Source of the DNA: Ruminococcus sp.
GTDB lineage: Bacteria > Bacillota > Clostridia > Lachnospirales > Lachnospiraceae
Direction of reading: 5' to 3'
DNA: 64,000 nt
NCBI GenBank assembly: GCA_029258605.1
Contig: JARHYE010000091.1
Coordinates: 1,584 to 65,583, forward strand
The notes beneath the pieces are model-generated. The model was not told the origin of the DNA. It ran no database searches and saw only the letters and a list, made by a program, of their open reading frames with translations. A program made the translations under genes and the position numbers. Below, piece after piece: positions 38,424 through 47,733 of the stretch. How positions within the stretch are numbered: the stretch's first letter is position 1; each line of letters opens with the position of its first letter.

Positions 38424-38452
38424 TTGCTAATTAATTTTAAAAGTGATATTAT
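38424..38452 (+). promoter_or_regulatory. candidate sigma-A promoter with extended -10, upstream of LCP copy 2
   Basis: TTGCTA (38424-38429), 17-bp spacer, TGA-TATTAT (38444-38452). Confidence 0.45.
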
Positions 38453-38501
38453 GGCTTTGGACAAAATCTGAATAAACGAATGAATAAGGATGATAATAAA
38501 T

Positions 38502-40004
38502 ATGGAAAAGCAAGGATTGAAGCGAGCGAGAAAAAACAAAAAGCGGAAAAAGATAAAAATGACATTGGTGAATATACAAGGGATTCTTTCGATTCTTTTT
38601 GTAATTATGTTAATGAAGTTAGATGTACTTCCGATCAAATATTTGTTACCAATCATTACAATTATCATTTTTTTGTGGCTGGTTCCATTTATCAGTGCAG
38701 TTGTGTGCAGAAAACGGATATCCAGTGATAGTGTATTGAGTGTCTGCATGTCAATTGTTTTATTGACTGGATCCATTTATTTACTTAAAACGAGTGGAAT
38801 GCTTAGTAGTATCAGTGATGGAAATCAAAAAGTGGATAAAATGGTGGTTGTAGTATTAGAAGAGGATCCTGCAGAAAATATCAAAGATGCAAAAGATTAT
38901 GAATTTGGTATTCAGTTAGCACTAAGAGGAGAGGATGTTCAAGGCACAGTAAATGAAATAAACAAAAGCTTAAATAAAAAAATTAAAACGGTGGAATGCA
39001 ACAACTTGAATGATCAAGTGCAAAATCTATATGATGGTAAAGTTCAAGCGATTATATATAATGATGCGTACACATCGATTTTAGAAGAATCTTTTAAAGG
39101 ATTTAGCAAGAAAACAAAAATTATTTATTCTCACAATGTGATTAGCAAATTGGATAAAATGGTCATGACAAGGGAAGAAATAGAAGTGTCTAAGCAACCA
39201 TTTACAGTGTACTTAAGTGGAATAGATGTGGCAGGTTCAATTGAAACGTCAGGAAGAAGCGATGTGAATATTTTGGCTGTTGTAAACCCAGAAACCCACC
39301 AAGTTTTATTAATTACAACTCCTAGAGATTATTATGTGGCGCTACCAGAGATATCGGACGGAATGCCAGATAAGCTTACGCATGCTGGAATATACGGTAT
39401 TGATGCTTCTATGGCCACATTATCAGAGTTGTATGATACACCAGTTGATTTTTATGCAAAAGTTAATTTTACTTCTATGATACAAATTGTTGATGCTTTG
39501 GGTGGCATTGATGTAGATTCAGAATATGAGTTTGTAACAAGTAGTGATTCAGGAAAAGAGATAGATGTTGTAGAAGGAATTAATCACTTTAATGGAGAGG
39601 ATGCATTGGCTTTTGCCCGTGAAAGAAATAATGTCCCAGGTGGAGATTTCCAAAGAGGAAAAGACCAAGAAGCAGTGCTTACAGCTATGATTAAAAAGGC
39701 TGTTTCCCCAGCAATTTTGAGAGGGGCATCTGATATCATGGACAGTGTAAGTGGAAATGTAGATACAAATATGTCTACAAAGCAGATAAGAGCATTAATT
39801 AAAAATCAGATTATGAAACCAGCGAAATGGAATATAAAATCCATGGATGCAAAAGGGGAGCCTTCTTTCGAATTTTGTTTTTCTATGCCGACTATGGAAT
39901 TATCGGTGTGTGTACCTGATTATGAATCAGTAGAAGAAATAAAGTTGGCAATTGATCAAGTTCAAAATGGAGAAATTTTATCAGAATCTGAAGTGACAGA
40001 ATAG
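38502..40004 (+). CDS. LytR-CpsA-Psr (LCP) family ligase, copy 2
   Basis: Same architecture as copy 1. RSDVNILAVVNP, TTPRDYYV, PDKLTHAG, VNFTSMIQIVDALGGIDV, LAFARERNNVPGGDFQRGKDQ. Start uncertain (ATG 38490 or 38502). Confidence 0.85.
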   Translation: MEKQGLKRARKNKKRKKIKMTLVNIQGILSILFVIMLMKLDVLPIKYLLPIITIIIFLWLVPFISAVVCRKRISSDSVLSVCMSIVLLTGSIYLLKTSGMLSSISDGNQKVDKMVVVVLEEDPAENIKDAKDYEFGIQLALRGEDVQGTVNEINKSLNKKIKTVECNNLNDQVQNLYDGKVQAIIYNDAYTSILEESFKGFSKKTKIIYSHNVISKLDKMVMTREEIEVSKQPFTVYLSGIDVAGSIETSGRSDVNILAVVNPETHQVLLITTPRDYYVALPEISDGMPDKLTHAGIYGIDASMATLSELYDTPVDFYAKVNFTSMIQIVDALGGIDVDSEYEFVTSSDSGKEIDVVEGINHFNGEDALAFARERNNVPGGDFQRGKDQEAVLTAMIKKAVSPAILRGASDIMDSVSGNVDTNMSTKQIRALIKNQIMKPAKWNIKSMDAKGEPSFEFCFSMPTMELSVCVPDYESVEEIKLAIDQVQNGEILSESEVTE

Positions 40005-40035
40005 ATTTAACCAAAAGTAAGGAGTAGAAAAAGAG

Positions 40036-41244
40036 ATGAAAATCACGTTTTCGCCACCAGATATAACAAATTTAGAAATAGATGAAGTTGTGAAAGTATT
40101 GAAAAGTGGATGGATCACAACTGGACCTAAAACAAAGGAATTTGAAACACAAATTGCTGGTTACTGTCATACACAAAAAGCAGCGTGTTTGAATTCTGCA
40201 ACTGCGTGTTTGGAGTTGTCTTTAAGAATTATGGGAATTGGAGCAGGAGATGAAGTGATTACAACTGCGTACACATACACAGCGACAGCAAGTTGTATTT
40301 GTCATACAGGAGCTACTCCTGTGATTGTGGATACATTGCCAGATTCCTTTGAAATGGATCCAACCAAAGTAAGAGAAGCAATTACAGAACGTACAAAAGC
40401 AATTATCTGCGTTGATCTTGCGGGTATTGTATATAGTTATTATGATGAAATTTACAAGATTGTTGAAGAGGAAAGAGGAAAATACAATCCTTCCAATGAA
40501 AGACAAAGAAAATTAGGAAGAATCTTAGTTATGTCTGATGCTGCCCATGCATTTGGAGCAGAAAGCCATGGAAAAAAGGCAGGACAGATTTCAGATATCA
40601 CTAGTTTTTCTTTCCATGCTGTTAAAAATCTTACAACAGCAGAAGGAGGAGCGGTTACCTGGTCACAAAAATTCACAGAAGAAAGTCAGATTGATTCTGA
40701 TGAAATCTACCGTGATTTTATGCTGATGTCTTTGCATGGACAGTCTAAGGATGCTCTATCCAAATCACAATTAGGTGCTTGGGAATACGATATTGTTGCA
40801 CCATTATATAAATGTAATATGACAGATATTGTTGCTGCAATAGGAACAGCGCAACTGAGAAGATATCCGGACCTTTTAAGACGTAGAAAGGAAATTATTC
40901 AAAGATATGATTCTGCATTCAAAGGCTATCCAGTAAAAGTGCTAAATCATTACGGTGAAAATCATAATTCTAGTGGACATTTGTATATGTTACGTTTGGA
41001 CGGAAAAACCAGAGAACAATGTAACCAGATCATACAAAAATTGGCAGAAAAAGAGATTGCAACGAATGTTCATTACAAACCACTGCCACTGCTTTCTGCT
41101 TATAAAAACATAGGATTCGATATAAAAAATTATCCAAATGCTTATCAGCAGTTTGAAAATGAGATTACACTTCCACTTCATACATGTCTAACAGATGAAC
41201 AAGTCGAATATGTAATACAGGAAGTAGGTAAATTAATTAAATAG
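40036..41244 (+). CDS. DegT/DnrJ/EryC1/StrS-family PLP-dependent sugar aminotransferase (second, divergent subfamily)
   Basis: GWITTGPKTKEFE, VMSDAAHAFGA, and SFSFHAVKNLTTAEGG with the PLP Lys. Confidence 0.85.
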   Translation: MKITFSPPDITNLEIDEVVKVLKSGWITTGPKTKEFETQIAGYCHTQKAACLNSATACLELSLRIMGIGAGDEVITTAYTYTATASCICHTGATPVIVDTLPDSFEMDPTKVREAITERTKAIICVDLAGIVYSYYDEIYKIVEEERGKYNPSNERQRKLGRILVMSDAAHAFGAESHGKKAGQISDITSFSFHAVKNLTTAEGGAVTWSQKFTEESQIDSDEIYRDFMLMSLHGQSKDALSKSQLGAWEYDIVAPLYKCNMTDIVAAIGTAQLRRYPDLLRRRKEIIQRYDSAFKGYPVKVLNHYGENHNSSGHLYMLRLDGKTREQCNQIIQKLAEKEIATNVHYKPLPLLSAYKNIGFDIKNYPNAYQQFENEITLPLHTCLTDEQVEYVIQEVGKLIK

Positions 41245-41253
41245 TAAATAATT

Positions 41254-41310
41254 ACAAGAAATAGATTCAATTCATATATGGAATGAATGGAATCTGTTTC
41301 TTGTATTTTA
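41254..41310 (+). terminator. strong intrinsic terminator after the second aminotransferase
   Basis: 15-bp stem: ACAAGAAATAGATTC (41254-41268) pairs with GAATCTGTTTCTTGT (41290-41304), one G-U, then ATTTTA. The loop itself contains ATTCAT/ATGAAT. Confidence 0.7.
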
Positions 41311-41345
41311 AAAAAGAAATGGATTTATCGAGAGGAATTTATTAA

Positions 41346-42407
41346 ATGATTTCGTTATTGATCATACTTGTATTTATTTGTTTTTACGGAATAAAATTTA
41401 ATAATAATGGCATCTATCAGGATTACTTGTCAAAAACTCAAACGACTGCGATAAGAGGAATCTTTGCATGTATTATCTTTGCATCTCATCTCAGAGGGTA
41501 CATTACATTAAATGGAGCGATGGATCAGGTTTATAACACGATCTTGTCACTGATTGGGCAATGTATGGTCTCTGTCTTCTTTTTTTATTCTGGATATGGA
41601 ATTATGTCAGGATATAAAAAGAAAAAAGGATATGAGGATTCTTTTTTAGAAAAACGACTCTTTTTTACATGGTTTCATTTTGTGATTGCTGTAGTATTTT
41701 ACAATCTCATCAATTTGTTATTAAATATTCATTATCCTATACAAACAGTAATTTTATCTTTTACTGGGTGGGAGACAGTTGGAAATTCCAACTGGTTTAT
41801 GTTTGATACATTTTTGTTATATATTTTTGTATGGATTACGTTTAAAATAATAAATATTGTTCTGAAAAATGGAGCAGACAAGCAAAAGTATTTTCCGATT
41901 ATCATTATGTTTTTTACAGGAATTATGATTGTTATGTTACATTTTACAAAACAATCCTGGTGGTATGATACATTAGTATGCTTCCCATTAGGGGTTTTTT
42001 ATAGAAATTATCAAGAAAAAATTGATATATACATGAGAAGCTATAGAACATATTTGCTTGTAGGTTTTGGATCAATCATCTTTTATTATATAACGTATAA
42101 AATGGGAAATTTTGTGTCTTATAATGTATGTGCATGCTTTTTTGTATTAATTATCACTTGGTTTACCATGAAAATTAAAGTGGATAATAAAATTTTAAAT
42201 TGGTTAGGTTTACATTCATTTTACATCTACATTTATATGAGAATTCCAATGATTATATTAAGTAAGATAGAAGGCTTTTCTGGACATAAATATGTATTTG
42301 CGGTACTGTCTTTGTTATTCACTTTACTTTTATCTTGGATAATGGCCAAGATTCAAACGAAACTAGATGCAGGAATGCAACGAATAATCAATCAGGAAAG
42401 GAAATAA
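41346..42407 (+). CDS. acyltransferase-3 family membrane O-acyltransferase
   Basis: 353 aa with about 10 TM helices. RGIFACIIFASHL near the N-terminus is typical of the acyltransferase_3 family. Located in the polysaccharide locus. Confidence 0.7.
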   Translation: MISLLIILVFICFYGIKFNNNGIYQDYLSKTQTTAIRGIFACIIFASHLRGYITLNGAMDQVYNTILSLIGQCMVSVFFFYSGYGIMSGYKKKKGYEDSFLEKRLFFTWFHFVIAVVFYNLINLLLNIHYPIQTVILSFTGWETVGNSNWFMFDTFLLYIFVWITFKIINIVLKNGADKQKYFPIIIMFFTGIMIVMLHFTKQSWWYDTLVCFPLGVFYRNYQEKIDIYMRSYRTYLLVGFGSIIFYYITYKMGNFVSYNVCACFFVLIITWFTMKIKVDNKILNWLGLHSFYIYIYMRIPMIILSKIEGFSGHKYVFAVLSLLFTLLLSWIMAKIQTKLDAGMQRIINQERK

Positions 42408-42409
42408 AG

Positions 42410-43096
42410 ATGGGTTTAAAAAAATGGGAAGAACTTCCAAGTTTTATGAAAAACAATGAAGTTAAACAATATTATGAGTGTTTGACAAGAAAACAGGGAA
42501 GTCTAATCTTAAAAAGAATTTTTGATGTTTTTGCATCTTTTTTCATGCTTATTCTTTTGTCACCTTTGTTTTTAATTATAGGGGTAATGATCAAACTAGA
42601 TTCAAAAGGTCCAGTGTTTTATCGTCAAGTTCGTGTGACGCAATATGGAAGAAAATTTAAAATATTCAAATTTAGAACAATGGTTGTAAATGCGGATAAA
42701 ATTGGTGCACATGTTACGTCAAATAACGACAGTAGAATTACAAAAATGGGAGAAAAAATAAGAAACTGCCGTTTGGATGAGATTCCACAGTTGATCAATA
42801 TATTTTTAGGCGATATGTCCTTTGTAGGCACACGCCCAGAGGCAGTAAGATATGTGGAACGGTATACCGAAGAAATGTATGCAACATTGTTGTTGCCAGC
42901 TGGAGTAACTTCAGAAGCAAGTATCTTATACAAAGATGAAGCAAAATTGTTGGAAAAAGCTGAGAATGTAGACGAAGTATATGTAAAAGAGGTTCTTCCA
43001 GATAAGATGAAGTACAATTTAATAAGCTTAAAAGAATTCAGTTTAATGGCAGAGTTGAAGACAATGATACGTACAATCATTGCAGTGATAAAATAA
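42410..43096 (+). CDS. small monotopic polyprenyl-phosphate sugar-phosphate transferase (PglC/WcfS-like priming enzyme)
   Basis: Start at ATG 42410, 3 nt after the upstream stop. KRIFDVFASFFMLILLSPLF re-entrant helix, KFRTM, DEIPQL, VGTRPE. Confidence 0.88.
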   Translation: MGLKKWEELPSFMKNNEVKQYYECLTRKQGSLILKRIFDVFASFFMLILLSPLFLIIGVMIKLDSKGPVFYRQVRVTQYGRKFKIFKFRTMVVNADKIGAHVTSNNDSRITKMGEKIRNCRLDEIPQLINIFLGDMSFVGTRPEAVRYVERYTEEMYATLLLPAGVTSEASILYKDEAKLLEKAENVDEVYVKEVLPDKMKYNLISLKEFSLMAELKTMIRTIIAVIK

Positions 43097-43118
43097 AGAT
43101 CGATACATGGAGAAAAAT

Positions 43119-44120
43119 ATGAAAGTTTCAGTATGTGTAGTGGCGTATAATGAAGAAAAAAATCTTCCTGCATTATTAGAGTGTATTAAAAAACAGACAT
43201 ATTCACACCAAAAGATGGAAGTGGTATTAATAGATGGTATATCAAATGACAGTACAAAAAAAATAATGCTTCAATTTAAAGAAGAAAATAAGGAGTTCTA
43301 TCAAGTACAGGTTTTGGATAATCCAAAAAGAAAACAAGCATGTGGATGGAATGTTGCTATAAAAAATTATACAGGAGATGTTATAATCCGCGTGGATGCG
43401 CATGCATCTATTCCAGAAAATTTTGTGGAAGAAAATGTAAAGGTGCTGCAGACAGGGGAATATGTTTGCGGTGGAAAAAGACCCAATATTATTGATGAGA
43501 GCACGCCTTGGAAAGAAAACTTATTGCTTGCGGAACAGTCTATGTTTGGGAGTAGTATAGCATCTTATAGAAGAAGTGAAAAAAAGACATACGTAAATTC
43601 GTTATTCCATGGAGCTTATAGAAGAGAAGTGTTCGAAAAAGCAGGGCTTTTTGATGAGCAGTTAGGAAGAACGGAAGATAATGAGATTCACTATCGAATC
43701 AGGCAGGCAGGTTACAAAATTTGTTATTCCCCAAATATTGTTTCTTATCAGCATACAAGAAGTACACTGAAAAGTATGCTGAAACAAAAATATGGCAATG
43801 GATATTGGGTCGCATTGACGCTAAAGGCTTGTCCAAAATGTTTGTCCTGTTATCATTTTGTACCATTGGCTTTTGTAGGAGCCATTATCGCTACATCAAT
43901 TTTGGCAGCAGTTGGCTACCCTATATGGGGGTATATGATGTGGGGGGCATATTGGACAGTTTCTGTAATAATGGCAATATTATCCGTAAGAGGTCATAAA
44001 AAGAAAGTGCAACAGTTACTTCTTCCGATATTATTCTTTTTACTGCATATCAGTTATGGAATAGGAAGTTTGATGGGACTATTAAAGTTACCGTTTTGGA
44101 AATATAAAAAGCAGGTGTAA
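43119..44120 (+). CDS. family 2 glycosyltransferase with a C-terminal multi-TM region
   Basis: VSVCVVAYNEEKNL, IDGISNDST, RVDAHA. C-terminal about 100 aa hydrophobic, with 3-4 TM helices. Confidence 0.8.
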   Translation: MKVSVCVVAYNEEKNLPALLECIKKQTYSHQKMEVVLIDGISNDSTKKIMLQFKEENKEFYQVQVLDNPKRKQACGWNVAIKNYTGDVIIRVDAHASIPENFVEENVKVLQTGEYVCGGKRPNIIDESTPWKENLLLAEQSMFGSSIASYRRSEKKTYVNSLFHGAYRREVFEKAGLFDEQLGRTEDNEIHYRIRQAGYKICYSPNIVSYQHTRSTLKSMLKQKYGNGYWVALTLKACPKCLSCYHFVPLAFVGAIIATSILAAVGYPIWGYMMWGAYWTVSVIMAILSVRGHKKKVQQLLLPILFFLLHISYGIGSLMGLLKLPFWKYKKQV

Positions 44121-44121
44121 G

Positions 44122-45318
44122 ATGGGAAACTTAAGAGAAAAATTTGAACGAGTAAAAATACAAGATATTTTGTCGGCATTTACTTTTTTAAGTGCAATTC
44201 CAGAAGCAATTTATCTAAAAAAGAAACGTCCAGACATGTGGCTCATCTGCGAAGATAAGAATGAGGCGCGTGACAATGGATATTGGCTATATAAATATAT
44301 AAGATCAGAACATCCAGAGCAAGATTGTGTTTATGCAATTAACAAAGAATCTGTGGATTATAAAAAAATACAAAATTTAGGTGAAGTAATACAGTATGGT
44401 GGTTACAAACATTGGGTGTATTACCTTGCAGCTAGCAAAAACATCAGTTCTCAAAAAGGTGGAAAACCAAATGCTGCGGTTTGCTATGTTTTAGAAGTTT
44501 TTGGCATTTTAAAAAATAAAAGAGCCTTTTTGCAACATGGCGTCATTTGTAGTGACATGCCATGGTGTTATTACGAAAACACAAAGATGCGTCTTTTTGT
44601 ATGTGGTGCAAAAAAAGAATATGATTTTATAAAAGATACGTATGGTTATCCAGAAGGCTATGTAAAATATCTTGGTCTTACTCGTTTTGATGGTCTACAT
44701 GATTTTAAAGTAAAACAGAATCAAATTTTAGTTATGCCTTCTTGGAGGGAATGGATTGCCGATCCGACATCAAAGTCATTAACACTAGATGATATGAGCA
44801 GCTTTACAAACACAGAATATTATCAGAAATGGAATGCTTTTTTAAACAGTAGTTCGATTGCAGAGACGTTGGAAAAATATGATCTGAAGATGGTATTTTA
44901 TCCACACCGAAATATGCAGAAATATATTACAGAGTTTTCAAAAGCTTCAGAAAGAATTATATTTGCAGATTGGAAACAATATGATGTTCAAACCTTATTA
45001 AAAGAATCTGCCCTCTTAATTACAGATTTATCTAGTATATTTATGGATTTTGGATACATGAGAAAACCAATGATCTATTATCAGTTTGACATGGAGAAGT
45101 TTAGAAAGGGTCAATATCAGGAAGGGTATTTTGAATATTCTAGAGATGGATTTGGTCCTGTGTGTACCAAATTATGTCAGGTAGAAGAAAATCTCTTAAA
45201 ATATGCCATGAATGATTTAAAGATTGAGGAAGAGTATAGAAAGAGGGAAGAAGAGTTTTTCCCGCTTTGGGATACAGACAATTGTAAGAGAAATTATGAA
45301 GCAATCAAAGAAATATAG
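44122..45318 (+). CDS. CDP-glycerol glycerophosphotransferase (TagB/TagF, Glyphos_transf) family protein, copy 1
   Basis: ATG 2 nt after the upstream stop. FYPHRNM and LITDLSSIFMDFGYMRKPMIYY resemble the TagF-family C-terminal catalytic region. Confidence 0.7.
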   Translation: MGNLREKFERVKIQDILSAFTFLSAIPEAIYLKKKRPDMWLICEDKNEARDNGYWLYKYIRSEHPEQDCVYAINKESVDYKKIQNLGEVIQYGGYKHWVYYLAASKNISSQKGGKPNAAVCYVLEVFGILKNKRAFLQHGVICSDMPWCYYENTKMRLFVCGAKKEYDFIKDTYGYPEGYVKYLGLTRFDGLHDFKVKQNQILVMPSWREWIADPTSKSLTLDDMSSFTNTEYYQKWNAFLNSSSIAETLEKYDLKMVFYPHRNMQKYITEFSKASERIIFADWKQYDVQTLLKESALLITDLSSIFMDFGYMRKPMIYYQFDMEKFRKGQYQEGYFEYSRDGFGPVCTKLCQVEENLLKYAMNDLKIEEEYRKREEEFFPLWDTDNCKRNYEAIKEI

Positions 45319-46738
45319 TCAGATTAGTGAGAGGATTAAAATAGTGAATAATCAACAGAAAAATACAAAAGTTCAAGATGTGGCAACTCTAGTTTATGTA
45401 GTATCGTTTTTTTGTTATCTTTTGGCAAGTAGAATTATTCCAATATCATATATGTTATCAGGAGTAGTTAATACAATTTTGTCGAGTGCGTTTGCTGGGA
45501 TAGGAGCAATTTTAATACTGGCAGATTTATGTACCAAACGAAATTTGTTCCAAAATAAAAACTCTTGGTTACTTATTTTATTTATTGTAGCAGTTGGAAT
45601 CACATCTGTAATAAACATGAAGTTTGGAGTTACAGATAATATAAAAACAATCGTATGGATTTGTATTTATATGTTTATCATTTATTCTTTATGTACAAGA
45701 TTTGATTCTGAAAAAAGTAAGAAGTTATTTAAAATACTTATTAGTATTTTAAGTATTGTATGGTTTGTTTGTGTGATTATTTCCATTGTTCAGTATTGTC
45801 TTCAAATCGGGTATCTTGCTCCTGAGACAGAGACAATTATGAAAAGACAAGGATTTTACGACAATCGTCTCTTTGGAATTTTCCTTGATCCTAATTTTGC
45901 AGCAGTTATTTCTATGTGTATCATATTTTTCAGCATCCATGAGTATAAAACAGTGAAACATATTTTTATGAAAGTATGCTATTTGGTTTCAGCAATTGTA
46001 CAATATGTGTATGTGATTTTATCAGGTTCAAGGACTGTTTTAATTTGTTTTTTTGCTGGTGTAGTTTTATGGGTGGCATTATGGGTTCGAAATTTTTGTG
46101 TGCAAAAACAAGTATCAACAAAACAATGGATTTATAGAGAACTATTTTCTATAGTGATTGTGAGTCTTCTATTTGGTGGTATTTACCTTGGAAGTAGAGA
46201 AGCATTGTCATATTTGCCGTTAATCAGTGGAGAGCAGGGAAAGGTAAATAGTACACATGCACAAGAAATACTAAAAAGAGAAGATGTAAAAGAAGACAAT
46301 ATGCTTAACAATCGCGGAACGATTTGGTCAGAATATGTAAAAAGCTTAGAACCTAAGGAATATATTATTGGATTGTCTCCAAGAAATACGATTGCTCGCT
46401 TGGAAACACGAGATCCAAAAGGATATGTTGCCAAAACTCAGTACACTCCTCATAGTGATTATGTTGCGTTGCTTATTTATACTGGAGTTGTTGGTTGTAT
46501 CATTGTTCTGTTGTTTTATTTTAAAACGTTCATAGATATCCTGAAAAAGATTGGAAAAAAAGTAGAACTAGATTCAATGTATATCACATCCTTAGTTGTT
46601 GCAGTAAGTTTAATTATTTATGGAATCGCATTTTTGGATATTTATTTTTCGAACACAATTACAGCATTTTTATTTTGGTTCGCAATGTCATATATCCAAA
46701 AGTCAAACAGTCAGATTTATGAACAGGGGAATATGTAA
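45296..46738 (+). CDS. O-antigen ligase/polymerase (Wzy_C) family membrane protein
   Basis: At least 10 TM helices with a large periplasmic loop and a PHSDYVALLIYTGVVG-type motif. Start uncertain: the ORF is open from 45224, and ATG 45296 overlaps the upstream gene by 23 nt. Confidence 0.7.
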   Translation: MKQSKKYSQISERIKIVNNQQKNTKVQDVATLVYVVSFFCYLLASRIIPISYMLSGVVNTILSSAFAGIGAILILADLCTKRNLFQNKNSWLLILFIVAVGITSVINMKFGVTDNIKTIVWICIYMFIIYSLCTRFDSEKSKKLFKILISILSIVWFVCVIISIVQYCLQIGYLAPETETIMKRQGFYDNRLFGIFLDPNFAAVISMCIIFFSIHEYKTVKHIFMKVCYLVSAIVQYVYVILSGSRTVLICFFAGVVLWVALWVRNFCVQKQVSTKQWIYRELFSIVIVSLLFGGIYLGSREALSYLPLISGEQGKVNSTHAQEILKREDVKEDNMLNNRGTIWSEYVKSLEPKEYIIGLSPRNTIARLETRDPKGYVAKTQYTPHSDYVALLIYTGVVGCIIVLLFYFKTFIDILKKIGKKVELDSMYITSLVVAVSLIIYGIAFLDIYFSNTITAFLFWFAMSYIQKSNSQIYEQGNM

Positions 46739-47707
46739 ATGGTAAGTTTAATAATACCGGTATATAATTCCGAAGCAAAACTTGAATCTTGCGTAAAAAG
46801 CGTGTTAAGACAGACCTATAAAGATTTTGAATTAATTCTTGTGGATGATGGTTCTACCGATCGAAGTTTAGAGATTTGTAAACAATTTGAACAGTCAGAT
46901 TCGAGAGTAAGAGTGGTGTCACAAAAAAATAGTGGGCCTTCTGCTGCTAGAAATAAAGGAATTGAAAGTGCACATGGCCAATACTTGCAATTTGTAGACA
47001 GTGACGATCACATAGAGGAAATGATGCTTGAAGAGTTGGTAGAAGCTATGGAGAATGAAAATGTGGATATGGTGGTATGTGGGATAAGAGAGAATCATTC
47101 GGATCATATTCATGACATTGTTCCATTGATTTCAGGAAAAGTACAAGTAGATCAGCTTGAAAGTGTGTATCCAGAGATTTTTCAAAATTTTATATTAAAT
47201 GCTCCGGTAAATAAATTGTATAGAAAAGATAAAATTAAAAGTATGTTTCCGTTAGATCTATCATTAGGTGAGGATTTAATTTTTAATTTAGAATATATCA
47301 AAAATTGTTCCAACCTCTTTTTTATAAAAAAGATATTTTATTATTATGAAATCTCGGAAGGAAGTTTAAATAGAAGATATCGAGAAGATAGTATAGAAAT
47401 AGCGGAAAGACTCTACAAAGAGAGTCTGTGTTTTAGCAGAGAAGTGCAGTTAGGAAAAATTGCAAAAATGCATATTAGCAAAATCTTTCTTCAATTTTTG
47501 TTTTATGGAATGTCTGATTTATATGCATGCTCTGGAAAGACGGATAGAGAAAAAAAAGAAATTGTTCGAATGTGGATGAAGAATTCCAATGTAAGAAATG
47601 CACTTTTTGACGCGAAAATGCCACAGTTAAAGCAGAAAATCGCGCAGTTTCTTTTTCGGCTTAAATGGGTGAATATATTTCACATTATGATGAAAGTTAA
47701 AGGCTAA
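46739..47707 (+). CDS. family 2 glycosyltransferase
   Basis: LIIPVYNSEAKLESCV, VDDGSTDRS, FVDSDD (DxD). ATG abuts the upstream stop. Confidence 0.85.
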   Translation: MVSLIIPVYNSEAKLESCVKSVLRQTYKDFELILVDDGSTDRSLEICKQFEQSDSRVRVVSQKNSGPSAARNKGIESAHGQYLQFVDSDDHIEEMMLEELVEAMENENVDMVVCGIRENHSDHIHDIVPLISGKVQVDQLESVYPEIFQNFILNAPVNKLYRKDKIKSMFPLDLSLGEDLIFNLEYIKNCSNLFFIKKIFYYYEISEGSLNRRYREDSIEIAERLYKESLCFSREVQLGKIAKMHISKIFLQFLFYGMSDLYACSGKTDREKKEIVRMWMKNSNVRNALFDAKMPQLKQKIAQFLFRLKWVNIFHIMMKVKG

Positions 47708-47733
47708 ATGAACAATAGAAAGAGGAGTATGAA

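Noticed and set aside
38195-38776. 193-aa minus-strand ORF across the DegT / LCP copy 2 junction
   Set aside because: It is antisense to two motif-supported genes. The product is I/F/N/L-rich low complexity, derived from an AT-rich intergenic region and from Lys-rich coding sequence on the other strand.
42625-43173. 182-aa minus-strand ORF opposite the priming sugar transferase
   Set aside because: The + strand product carries the full PglC-type motif set (KFRTM, DEIPQL, GTRPE). The antisense product has no recognisable features.
43256-43263. A8 tracts within glycosyltransferase genes (this one, and another at about 47550-47557) as phase-variation switches
   Set aside because: Runs of 8 A/T are common in this AT-rich, Lys-rich genome. 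They are shorter than the tracts usually associated with slipped-strand phase variation. All the reading frames are intact.
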